Source: Mesotaenium endlicherianum
Taxonomy: Eukaryota
DNA: 64,000 nt
Assembly (NCBI GenBank): GCA_009602735.1
Contig: WELA01002297.1
Location: forward strand, 576,805 to 640,804
Direction: 5' to 3'
Under the pieces are notes generated by a model that was given only the letters and a program-made list of their open reading frames with translations, was not told where the DNA came from and did not search any database. Positions 12,754 to 23,452 of this stretch are shown here, piece by piece. The position numbers and the translations under genes are program-made. How positions within the stretch are numbered: the first letter of the stretch is position 1; every line of letters begins with the position of its first letter.

Positions 12754-14376
12754 ATGGCAGCAGCTGTGCATTTGCATGGCCCGTCCTCAGGCCCGCGCTG
12801 GCCGCCGGAGGCCTTGCAGGACGCCTACATGAGGTGGCGTTCCTATCAGACCCATGGCCGGGAGGGGCGTACCCTGCCCATTGCGGACCACATTCCAGGC
12901 CTCACGCGCGACTACGTCGAGCGCGCCGTGGCTGCGCTCCGCATGGCGCCACATCAGCACAGTGCCGAGCGTACCTATCCGCCTCTCGCGCAGCCTGGCA
13001 ATCCTGCCATGGGGTGCCGCCCGCTGCCGACACCCATTTGTGTCGACCCGCTCAACGAGCATCCCGGCAGCATCGTGCTCGTGGAGCTCTTCGTTGAAAT
13101 CGCCACATGGCTGCTAGCGACCTTGCAGGCCGGCATTCCCGTACGCCGCCACGTCTATGTGGACCTCGATCTCGAGGCTCAGCAAGTGGCTCGTCGGGAG
13201 ATTGCTCTGTGCCACGAGCGGTTCCCAGACCTCCCTCCCGCGCACGCCTTCCGCCGCGCAGAGACGGACTGGCCCATGGACATCCGCGACATCACCGTCG
13301 AGCATGTCACTTGCCTTGGCCCCATCAATCTTATCATCGCAGGTTGGGAGTGTCAGGGATTTTCCAGAGCTGGGCGTGGCCAGGCACTCAGTGACCCTTG
13401 CACGGCCCTCTTCTGGCACCTGCTCCGCGTCCTCAACATGGTGGAGGACCGTCAGCCATCGCACACTCTTGCATGGGTCCTTGACAACTTGGACGCCCGC
13501 CACGACCACAAGCCCGATGTCAGTGCCGACTTTGCCCTTTGCAGCAGCTATGTCGGTCGTGAGGCCGTCATCGACGTTGCCCAGATTGGCTCATTTGCGT
13601 ATCGCGTCCGCGCCTACTTCACCAAACTGGCGATGCCGAGCACGCTCAAGGCTTTGGCAGCCGCCCATTTGCGCCACGCGCGCAATGTCGACTCCATCCT
13701 CGATGCCCCTCGGCTGGCGCAGCGGGTGACGGTGCTGCCACATCCCTCGCAGGCGCAGTGCGAGGTCCTTCACGCCGTTACTCGCGCGCTCCCTACCTTT
13801 GTCAGCCGCTACGACAGCGATGCCTTTGTGGGTGCTCAGCGCGAGATGGTCATTGATCTGGAGATTGGCATGTTCGACAGGCCCCGCCCGACAGAGATAG
13901 AATGCGCCATGGGCTTCCCGCCACACCTCACAGAGCTGGACGGTCTCACAGAGGTGAATCGTATTCGCCTCCTGGGACAGGCGATTGACGCCAACGTCCT
14001 CACACGGATCCTGCTTCAGACACAGGCCTTGGCCCCTCTTTACGCGGAGGCGCGCCACTCAGAGCTCCCTTGGCCTGCTAACGCTATGGACGAGGACTTC
14101 CCTGCCGATGACGGCCAGGCCCCGTCCGGCACCGCGTGGCATTCTCAGCGCGAGGGGCCTGCCCTGCAGGCGCGCGCACGCCCTCAGTCCCCGCCGCCAG
14201 CCCGTGACACTCCTGGTTCGCTGGGGGGGGACGCAAGAGAGAGGAGGCCTCACAGCGACCTAGGGAGTTCCAATTGTCATTTCTTTTTCCTCGCTCGTGA
14301 CCTCAGGCAGGCGGTGCAGTGTAGCTGGCAGCAGCTGCACAGGAGGAGGCACCCATCCCAGGCAGAGCACAAATAG
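12754..14376 (+). pseudogene. C5 cytosine DNA methyltransferase domain (core about 13072-14010) between the protease and RT of element B
   Basis: MTase motifs occur in order: I VELFVEIATWL (degenerate FxGxG), II YVDLD, III DIRDI, IV IIAGWECQGFSRAG (catalytic Cys at 13351), VI WVLDNL, VIII AYRVRAYF, IX TEIECAMGFP, X RIRLLGQAID. Confidence 0.88.
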
Positions 14377-14549
14377 CTGCAAGGCAGGCGACACCTGCAG
14401 CGCCACCGCTTACGCCAGCAGCAGGGCAGGAGGAGCCGGCTGCAGGGCAGGAGCCCTCACCAGCTGCGCCTACATGGAAGCTGGGGGGGACTCTTACTGA
14501 CGCCCAGGCGACACTGCTGACGACATCGCTGGATGGAAGACGCAGCGTC

Positions 14550-15900
14550 AGCTTCGCGAGCGGCATGCACGACCTCGGGCGCTCCAAGGGGGATCCCATG
14601 CGGATCCCTCTCACGTCCAAGGAGCCTATCTTCCTCAAGAGATATTGTTATAGTCACTCGAGAATGGACTAATCGGCGCACAAACAGGCAAGCTTGAGAA
14701 CAGTCGGCTCATCAAAGAGTCGTCGTCTTGCTATGCCGCGCCAACGGTCATGCCAGCCAAGAAGGATGCCTCGGGCAACTGGTCCGGGAAGAGGATGTGC
14801 TGTGACTATCGTTGACTGAACGAGGTCACTGAGCAAGACAGGTACCCTATGCCGACGCTAGACAAGATCCTCAATGACATTGGCACCTGCACTTGGTCTT
14901 ATTGCTGGACCTGCGCCAGGGCTTCAACCAGATTCCCATCGCCGAGGAGGATCAGCATAAGACGGCGTTCTGGGGGGCACAGTGCCTCTACGAGTGGATG
15001 GTGATGCCTTTTGGGTTGAAGAACGCGCCGGCCACCTTTCAAAGGGTCATGGAGAAGGAGGTGGCGGGGCTTCTCTTTGCCAGGTGCTACATCATTGACG
15101 TGCTCGTCTTCAGTGAGACGTTTGAGGAGCACGTGGCCCACATCATTGCTGTGTTGGAGCGCTCGGAGGCCGTGGGGCTCAAGTGCCATCCCGGCAAGTG
15201 TACGTTTGGGACTCGAGAGGTGGAGTACCTCGGGTATCTGCTCTCTTCGAGTGGTCTAGCGCCGCAACTGGCCAAGATCTCAGCCATCACCGGCATTCCG
15301 CCTCCCACGGATCTCTCGCAGCTAAGGGCCTTCCTTGGCATCGCCAACTACTATCAGCGCGTCGTGCCAGGGTTCAGCAAGCTGGCCAAGCTGCTCAACG
15401 ACTTGTTGCGGAAGGGTGTTGCTTATGTGTGGGGGCCAAAGCAGCAGGCGGTGTTTGACAAGCTCAAGGAGTTGTTGGTGAGCGCGACGGTGCTGCGACG
15501 GCCCGACTACAAGAAGCCCTTCATCCTCCACACCGGCTGGTCGCAGGCAGGGCTCGGTGCGGTGCTGGTGCAGGAGCATGAGGGCTTTGAGCACGTGGTG
15601 GCCTACGCTAGCCGCAGCAACAACCGCGCCGAGAGTAACTATGGCTCTAATGGGGGGGAGTGCCTGGCAGCAGTCTGAGCGATTGTGCACTTCAGGCACT
15701 ACCTCTACGGCACCCACTTCCGCCTGGTCACCGACCATCAGCCACTCAAGTGGCTCATGACGTCGGAGCGCCTGACAGGCAAGTACGCACGATGGGCGCT
15801 CATTTTGCAAGAGTACACCTTCGGCGTGCATCATCGCCCTGGGTCCACTAACATGGACGCCGACGGCCTCAGCCGTAACCCACTTTCATCGTCGAGGGAC
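14550..15900 (+). pseudogene. pol: Element B reverse transcriptase and RNase H (stops and frameshifts)
   Basis: KRMCCDYR*LN..DRYPMP, LDLRQGFNQI, MPFGLKNAPATFQ, YIID (mutated YIDD), FILHTGWS..LGAVL and TDHQPLKWL. Confidence 0.93.
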
Positions 15901-16079
15901 CTAACGGTGGCACGCCATGACGAGGACGAGCCTGTGGCATGGCACGCACCAGCATTCTTGGCCTTCACTGTGGACAGCGAGGTGCGACCTGCAGGGCTCA
16001 CAAGCCTGGCCATGGTGACTCTCAACACGCGACGCTTGGCATTGGCAGCAGCAGAGGAGCAGGACAGCTGGCAGCGGTG

Positions 16080-17350
16080 GCTCAATGACGTTTGGGAAGA
16101 CGCCCCAGTGCTGCAGTACGTTACCTCTAAGGAGATGGTTCCAGGCGTCACCAGGAGGGAGCGCGTGCGCATCCTCAAGCGCAGCCACGACTTCGTCTTC
16201 ATGGAGGGGTGCGTGCGCCGGGTGATGGCGGACGGCTCCGTCCTGGTGGTTCCTGAGCCTGCTATACGCAGTCAGCTTGTGCGCCGGGTACACGAGGCAT
16301 TGGGACACTTTGGTGTCAAGCTCACGCTCAGCCTTCTTTAGGCTGAGTATTGGTGGTCAGGCATGACTAAGGTCGTTGCCGACGTCGTCAGCAGCTGCAC
16401 TCTCTGCAACAGTGTGCGCTCGAGCTTCACAGCCCGCACCGTTGCTCTCAGCCCCCTCCCTATTCAGGGGCTTTTCTACAAGTGGTCGCTCGACTTGGCT
16501 GGAGAGCTGCCCAAGTCTCGCCGAGGCAACCTCTATATCTTGGTGATGATTGAGCACATGTCTAAGTGGATTGAGCTTGTGCCTTTGCCTAGCAAGGCCA
16601 GTAAGAGGATTGCTCAGGCCTTCCTCAAACAGGTCCTTAGCCGTTTTGGCGGCTGCGCTGAGATGCTGACCAACCAGGGCAAGGAGTTCCAGGGCAGCTT
16701 TCAAAAGCTGCTGGAGCACTCTATGATTGACCACCGCACCACCTCCCGCGATCATCCTCAGGCTGACGGCCTTGCAGAGCGTATGGTGCAGACCGTCAAG
16801 CTTGGGTTGCGGAAGTACTGCCTTGCCCACAACAGCACCCACAGGGACGACGCCCTCCCGTGGTTGGCTATGGGCTACAGGTTCAATAAGCAGGCCTCCT
16901 TGGCCTTGCACTCTCCCTACTTCTTTCGCTACGGCCGCCAGTCAGTCCTGCCCGCCGCAGCCAGGACCATGGCTGAGACCGTCTTGGACTTAGACAGTCC
17001 CGAGACGTGGAGCGCTCTTATTGGGCAGCGTGCGCAGCTCTTCTAGCGCTTGATGCCCATGGCCATGGATAACCTCAGCATCGCACAGCATCGCGACACT
17101 CTGAGATATGCCATGACTCGTGGAGGAGCATATCGTCCGCCGGTGTTGCAATTATCCGCAGGTGACTTCGTGTACCTGCGAAGTCAAACGAAGAACACCC
17201 TCGACATCAGCAGCTCGTCGGTCATCCTGCGCGTCAAGCGCGTCTTGGCGTCAGGAGTCCTAGAGCTGGAAGGCGCAGATGACCGTCTTCACAAGGACCA
17301 CACGAAAAACTGTGGACCATGCCACCTTCCAAACCTTGACTTGCAGATTC
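16080..17350 (+). pseudogene. Element B DDE (rve) integrase
   Basis: HHCC motif (HEALGH...CTLC), WSLDLAG (D), LTNQGKEF (D mutated to N) and GLAERMVQT (E). In-frame stops at ~16339 and ~17044. Confidence 0.9.
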
Positions 17351-17376
17351 GTCCCCGCGAGGCGCGCCCGCCCAAG

Positions 17377-17523
17377 GATTGGGCGTGCCAGATCTGCCAC
17401 AGTCGTGGCCAGGAGGCCACGATGCTGCTCTGCGACAGCTGCAAGCTCGGCTTCCACATTGGCTGCCTTGACCCGCCGCTGGCTCGCGTGCCAGCTGGAG
17501 ACTGGTTCTGCAGTGACTTCTTT
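17377..17523 (+). other. PHD finger at the integrase C-terminus of element B
   Basis: CQIC-x11-CDSC-x4-HIGC...WFCSDF fits C4HC3 with the last Cys lost. It includes the typical MLLCD and LDPPL..VP.GDWFC motifs. Confidence 0.88.
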
Positions 17524-17566
17524 GAGCTAGCTTTAGGCAGCGTTCATTGCCCATTAGCTGGAAGCT

Positions 17567-17583
17567 GAGAGCTCGGGGGGGAA
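17567..17583 (+). promoter_or_regulatory. Polypurine-tract-like sequence of B
   Basis: GAGAGCTCGGGGGGGAA lies immediately after the ORF and before repeat b1. Confidence 0.6.
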
Positions 17584-17718
17584 TTATAACATTCGAGACT
17601 TGACTCCCTTTTTGGCTATAAAGCCACATGTGTTATAGACTTCATTGCAGCATAGCTTGCTTGCTTATGATGTGTTGCTTGTCCCTATGTTGCTCACCCG
17701 ACCTCGTAACGCACGACA
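17582..17718 (+). repeat. Repeat b1 of element B (about 135 bp)
   Basis: Matches 18735-18869; both copies end CGACCTCGTAACGCACGACA. Confidence 0.9.
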
Positions 17719-17720
17719 GC

Positions 17721-18734
17721 CGTCATGATTTATTGAGTCGAGGTTGACGTACAAAATCGAGCTTCACTTGTGTGAACCATCAACCTAGGAAGACCGACTT
17801 TCCATTGACCTTACGCATCTATAGGTTGACCTTTTCTAGATTTTCAAGTCACCAAAGTGTGTTGCGTCAAAGCACCTTCCAAATGGCACCGGTTTTGCAT
17901 CATTTGGGCATGTATCGAGCGAGATATTTTGCGATCTAGTCCGCGTCACCTACCGGCCACTAGCGGAACTTTCCCAAGTGCCAACTTATGACTCAATGTC
18001 CCCAAAGGTGACATTGTTGGCTCTTCGTGACCCCAAAAACTCCTAGCTTTATACGCACAAATTTGCGAGCCCCTTAGACTATATAAGTCTTGCATTTCCA
18101 TAGCATAAGTGCATCATGGAGGCTATAACTTGGTGACTGCATCACCTACTCCTAGAGGAAGCTTCCTCAAGTTCCAAATTCACTTTTGAGGCGCTATCTA
18201 GGTAGAATCACCCAAGGTAAGCTCCACCAATGAGAGACACATAGCATATTCTACGTGCCCTGCTTTGATTGGTTTGAGTTCTGCTTAGCCTACAGGAGTG
18301 CTAGTACATGCCTTGTACACGTTAGTGGACATAGGAGAGCCTTCTAGAGTGAATAGATGCATTGGATCCGCCGCATACCACGCCGGGTTTCCAGGAGTAT
18401 TAGTACTACAGATGTCCCTAGAGAGAAAACTTCTTAGAAGTCCTCATTATGCCAGTTGTAAGTAACAGAGATTATGAGTAAAGCTTTCCCTTTTACCTCT
18501 TGTGTTTTCAAGACCACTTAGTTACTCTCTTGTGAAGAGCAAGCCTTCCTGGCTTCTAGTCACTTGAAGAACTTCACAAGTGGTGAGCAAAGTCACAGCT
18601 TAAACCCTTGCATGGGACTACTCTTGAAGATCATGATGTGCTTCCAGTGATCTTTTGGGCCATACTTCATCAGTTGTTTTCCTGCCAGATTACAATCTTG
18701 AGGTGCTCACTCTGGAGAGTACACACCCTCGTTA
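17721..18734 (+). repeat. Repeat a2 of element B
   Basis: Copy of 6164-7151 with about 25 extra bases near 18150-18175. Confidence 0.9.
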
Positions 18735-18869
18735 ATTAAAACATTGAGAGTTGACTCCCTTTTTGGCTATGAAGCCACATGTATTATAGACTTCATTGCA
18801 GCAAAGGTTGCTTGCTTATGATGTGTTGCTTGTCCCTATATTGCACACCCGACCTCGTAACGCACGACA
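18735..18869 (+). repeat. Repeat b2 of element B (right terminus)
   Basis: Copy of b1, followed by TGAA. Confidence 0.9.
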
Positions 18870-19376
18870 TGAATCTTTCAAATCTGGAACTATGTGGTGC
18901 TTGCTTTTGCATGATTTTTGTTCTTGTGTTCGATCTTGGTCTCAGAGTTTTCATCTGCGCTTACATTGCGCTTACCTGCCGTTTCTCTTTGTTGTGTTCT
19001 ATCTCTTCAGGGACGTTGACACGAGAAGGCGGCCAATTTGACACATTGTCATTGGCTTGTAATTTGAGGTGAGTTTGCTTCCCAACCCTTCTATCTTTCC
19101 TCTTAGCTAATCGTGTAGGTTCTCTACTACTTCTATGTCCTGCCTGTTGCATATTTAGTAATGCTATTCTTCCTTTTTTTTGAGTGTTTGGATACTATAA
19201 AGGCATGTGCCAATCCCACTTATGTGTTTGTCTCTTATGTTGCGCTCTTCATTCACTTCGCCTTTACCTTCATCTTTCACGCATCAGAAGCTCTTCTTCC
19301 AAGCATCAAAAGCTCCAGAGGTACTTCTGTAGCAGGTCTGCCTGGTGCCCCAGTGTCCCTGTTTGTTTGCTTGCTT

Positions 19377-20297
19377 TGTAACGATTTGAGCTTTTCAGGC
19401 GTATTTGGGACGTTTTCCCCGATTGCCTGAAATACGTTATACTATTTATCATACATAATATGATAAACGATTGCATCACATTAAATTATGTGCCACGCGC
19501 GTGTGCCGATTAATTCCCGGTCGATTGGCGAAACGATCGAGATACTATTGCAAAAAGTGTCCTAACGTAATTCGACTACTTTGCAAAAGCACGACATAAT
19601 TTTTCATAAAGTTACTTTGATTCGTTATGAGATGATAACTTAAGTAGTCATTGTTTGATCAAGTTATCTTTATTGTCATTATTTTGGGTAATGCACTGTC
19701 ACAAATTTCGAATTTACGACCAATAGTTAATATGAACAAACAGTCGTAAAAGTCAAACGACACATATATGCAAAGCGACTTAGCATCCGAGCGGATTCGA
19801 ACCCGCAACCTGTCGTTTGAAACGTTCACACCTAACCGATTGGCGAAGTAATTTTCCTAACTACCGGTTGATGACAAAAAGCATGTGTACGCAACTCCGA
19901 CAACAGTCGCGACTTTTTGGAAAGTCGCGAGAACGCGAAAAAGCCCGTTTGGCGCGAAACGGTTTTTCGGAAATCGTCAAAAAGTCTCCAAACGGCCAAA
20001 CGGCGCGTTGCGAGCATTCAGCCGAAATGGGTCGTACCCCTTCGCTTGTTTTTGTTGACATGAACCAGTGCCCTAGGTGGTGACTTGAAGCACTTCAATG
20101 CCTCACGTCGTGCAGGTATAAATGCCTGCAGAGTCATTATAAGTGCAACTCTCACAAGCACACATTCTACATTAGTCTTCATTTTCGCTTTCTCGAGGAT
20201 TTGTCAATTTGCACAAGTATATAGATTTTCTTTCCACTTCATTTAAATGTTCCCTGAATACCGAGAAAAGATCCTCTCGAAAAGCAGAAACGTTACA
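19377..20297 (+). repeat. 5' LTR of C1
   Basis: TG..CA termini followed by an iMet-type PBS. Confidence 0.92.
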
Positions 20298-20490
20298 TTG
20301 GTATCAAAGTCGATCTCGGATACTCCAAGGAAATATGTTTTTAGTGGTTGGAAAATATATTTTGGGAAAATATATTTTGGGGCAATTTTTCGTATTGGGA
20401 AGGTCACCCATCCCAATCCTGCCCTAACCCAACGGTCGCGTATCGTGTTTCGACGGGAATTTTTTTCTTGCCGAGGCCAATCATACTGAG

Positions 20491-22325
20491 TTGGCCGACC
20501 TTGTCACTCGCTTCGTTGCTGCCTTGGACACTCACCCTGTGATTGGTCCTTTCTTACAGGCTGCCCAAGGGATGCCGGGCCCATCAGGGACCGCCGGCGA
20601 TAACGCCAACCCACCAATCCCGCCCGCCATCCTTGGGCAGGCCGCGGCACCAACGCCTTCGTACAAGCCTTCACCGCCTGAAAAGTTTCAAGGCGGTCCA
20701 GGTTCTGACGTACGCCGTTTTCTCAAAGAACTCAAAACCTTCTTTGCGTTAGCTAAAGTGGCCCCTACCAACCAAGCCATGATGGCTTCCACTTTTCTCA
20801 TGGGGGACGCATCGCAGTTATGGCATGGGCTTGAGAGGGGGCCGATGACTTTCGAGGAGTTTAGTACTGGGTTACGCAATTCCTGTGGGCGTCACAATTC
20901 ATCAAAGCTAGCTCGTGATAAGTTGCTTCAACTCAAGCAGACAGGCACTATCAAAACCTATGTCAACAAGTTCCGTATCTTAGTCGCCCAGATAGTGGAT
21001 GTTCCAATTGATACTGGGATGCAAATTCACCTCTTTCGCTTGGGGCTCCGAGCGAAATACGCTAATCGTCTCAATGCAAACCCAGTCACCGGTTTGGAAT
21101 GGACAACCATCGCCGATCTCATTCGTTACACCGAGACTTTAGCTCAGGAGTAGTCGGTCGCTACGCCTAAATGTCAGGCAGCTCGTCCATCACGTCCTCC
21201 ATTGTCGTTTCCTAGTTCTAGTAATGCCGCTCCAAAGAGGAACTATCCCAATGGCGCGGGTAGTAGTGCTAGATCCAATGGTCCACCTGCCAAGATAGGC
21301 AAGATAGACAACACAGAAGCTCGCAATCGCATGATGGCAGAAGGGCTGTGTTTTGGCTGTGGGAAACATGGGCATACGATCTCGGCATGGTCTACTAAAA
21401 AGGATTCACAAAACGATCCCAAGGGAAAAGGCAAGGGGCCTTTCAAAGAGTAGCTCTGGAGATAGCCGCAAAGTCTCCTTCTGAGCTATTGACGACACGA
21501 CTTCGTGAGCAAGAAGTTTTAGGTGTTTGTGCGCACGCACCAAAGGTTCTTGTTCAATCTGGCATACCCAATATAAATATACTTCGAAACGAATATATTT
21601 GTATGCAAGTGTTGAGCTTTGTTGAAATTTTGGGACTCGAGTGCATCCATGATACCATGTTCTTGCACTTTCAGCCGCATGATTCTAACCTTGCCAAGTG
21701 ATACGCACACTTATCTCGCTTACGGAAAATGCACCAGTGTCGTGCACCAATGTATATTGCTGCATTTACACATCGACGCGCGCATTCTCACCCGCTAACT
21801 TGGTTTTCCGCGCGGATGGCAATACAAAATGGGATTTTGGTAAAGGACCTCCATATTTCCCACATTCCTCTCAAGGCGAGGACATTGCTAGTGATGCATA
21901 ATGCTTCTTGGGGTTAAGTATGACATTTCAAACAAAAGTTTCAGGCAAATCATGCTTTACAATCATTGATTCAGGCGCATCAGTGAGCTTCATTAGTGCA
22001 CGTTTTGCACAAGGGATGAAGTTGCTTCCAATACTCAAGGACGAGACCCTTCGCCTCGGCGATGGCTCGTTAGCTTGTATTTTTGGAACGATTAAATTAC
22101 GGCTCAGCGTGCAGTTCTTTCATGGGCGTGTACAATTCTACGTAAGTGAATTGCCACATGGAATCGACGCAGTTTTGGGTCACAATTGGCTTACGCAAAC
22201 AAGTGCGTTGCTTGACTTCGGTCAAAAGACATGCATTGTACGCAAAGGGACCAGAAAGATCACTCTTCAGTCCCTTAAGCCCGATATGGCCTTGGAAAGT
22301 CCTTTGAAGACTCTCCTATTGTGCA
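20491..22325 (+). pseudogene. gag: C1 gag (5'-deleted) and protease
   Basis: Gag KPSPPEKFQG..LKQTGTI, knuckle CFGCGKHGH and protease IIDSGAS. It lacks about 300 bp of the gag N-terminus present in C2. Confidence 0.85.
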
Positions 22326-23452
22326 TGAAAGGGGCAAAGCGCCCTAGTGGAAGCGTAGTAACTCACGAGGAAAGGAACTAGTAAAAATCATACTAAAAAG
22401 TGCAGCGGAATATTGCTAAGAGAGCTTAGGAAAATTATTTGACATTTTGAGTGGCAAGAAACTGCTCACAAATGGTGTAGGATGAAAGGCCTTGTCATTA
22501 CAAACCCGTAAAAATTTTCAGAAGAGAAAACTGATAAGAAACAAAGAAGTTATGCCTATTTATAATTTTCTGCCTAAATGCCTCTCTCTAGGAGGAAGCT
22601 ACGGATTTCAATAAGTGTTTGTCAAATTGTCCCTTCCAGAATATTTGTGAGTGAGCCAGATCAGTTTAATCTGACGTGTCGGGTCGAATTGACGTACACA
22701 TACATGCATCGACATTACTAGAATGTTCTATCTTAGACGCGCTAAGCTAAACCAAAAAACTTATAGGTAAATTGACCTAGTCGGCACTCTGCGTCAGCCG
22801 AACTTACGTGAAGGTTCGAGTTCATTCTAACGGGCCAGATCGCTCAACGCTGTCGGTCAATCCGACGGTCGCGCTCACCGCAAAGTAAGGACAGTCGTCA
22901 ACCGACCTCAAATGTAGTGATTTGAGTTATTATATATTAGTATGCATATATTTTAATGTTTTCAAATATATTTGGAGTAGTATTGTGTGGAGTCAAGTGT
23001 GAATAGGTACTCTAGTAACTTGGTTCATGTCCTTTGAACCTTCCAAGGCATTTTCGAAGTTAGAGGAAAGACCTAGAAGAACTCCATGTGGCAAAAGTCA
23101 GATGTGCCATTTTTAGGTCAAAAGGACATGTGTACATTATTCTAGAAAGAGGTGGCAAGTTTTGGGATGTGTTGGGTGCCAACACATCAACATACACCTT
23201 CCTAGAAATTACTTATGTAGCAAGTATATAAACAAGAGCTAGAACATAGAAAGACATTCCAGAATCACTCTTGTACTTGCCAAAATCCAGAAATATATTA
23301 ACTTTCAAGAAGCCATCTCTCTTTCAAGAAGCTACCACTTGTGTTCAAAGATCCTTGTCTTGAATAGATAAAGTATTCTGTTTTACTAAGTACTTTATCT
23401 ATCTGTTTCACTACAGTGGTATCGGAGCTAGGCACTTTGGTAGCACAAGAAG

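Larger units (their letters stand above)
6164..18869 (+). mobile_element. Element B: Ty3/Gypsy-like retroelement carrying a C5 DNA methyltransferase and a PHD finger, with split direct repeats (a1-ORFs-b1-a2-b2)
   Basis: Termini TGTCATG...CACGACA, flanked by TGAA on both sides (6160-6163 and 18870-18873). Domain order is gag-PR-DNMT-RT-RH-INT-PHD. Confidence 0.88.

Noticed and set aside
8146..12832. Many long overlapping ORFs on both strands (e.g. 8841-10088 minus, 8674-9489 minus)
   Set aside because: Expected in GC-rich, low-complexity sequence with few stop codons. They show no recognisable domains beyond the gag knuckles and the protease.
12754..14376. A host DNMT gene or a bacterial restriction-modification system
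   Set aside because: It is intronless, lies between the protease and RT of a repeat-bounded retroelement, and has no restriction enzyme or bacterial context.
6164..18734. Element B as an ordinary LTR element with a1 and a2 as its LTRs
   Set aside because: Repeat a does not end in CA plus a PBS, the PPT precedes b1 rather than a2, and the TSD and inverted terminus follow b2.
6164..18869. Element B as a DIRS/Ngaro element
   Set aside because: No tyrosine recombinase is seen. It has an aspartic protease, Gypsy-type RT/RNase H and an rve integrase, and the MTase is C5-type rather than the adenine MTase of some DIRS elements.
19783..19850. A functional tRNA gene (possible TCA anticodon)
   Set aside because: The 5' acceptor strand is missing, the anticodon stem is poor and it varies among LTR copies. 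Kept only as tRNA-like.
19817..20083. Small ORFs recurring in LTRs (also 39460-39762, 43978-44274, 50573-50893, 852-1106)
   Set aside because: They recur only because the LTRs are repeated; there is no independent sign of coding.
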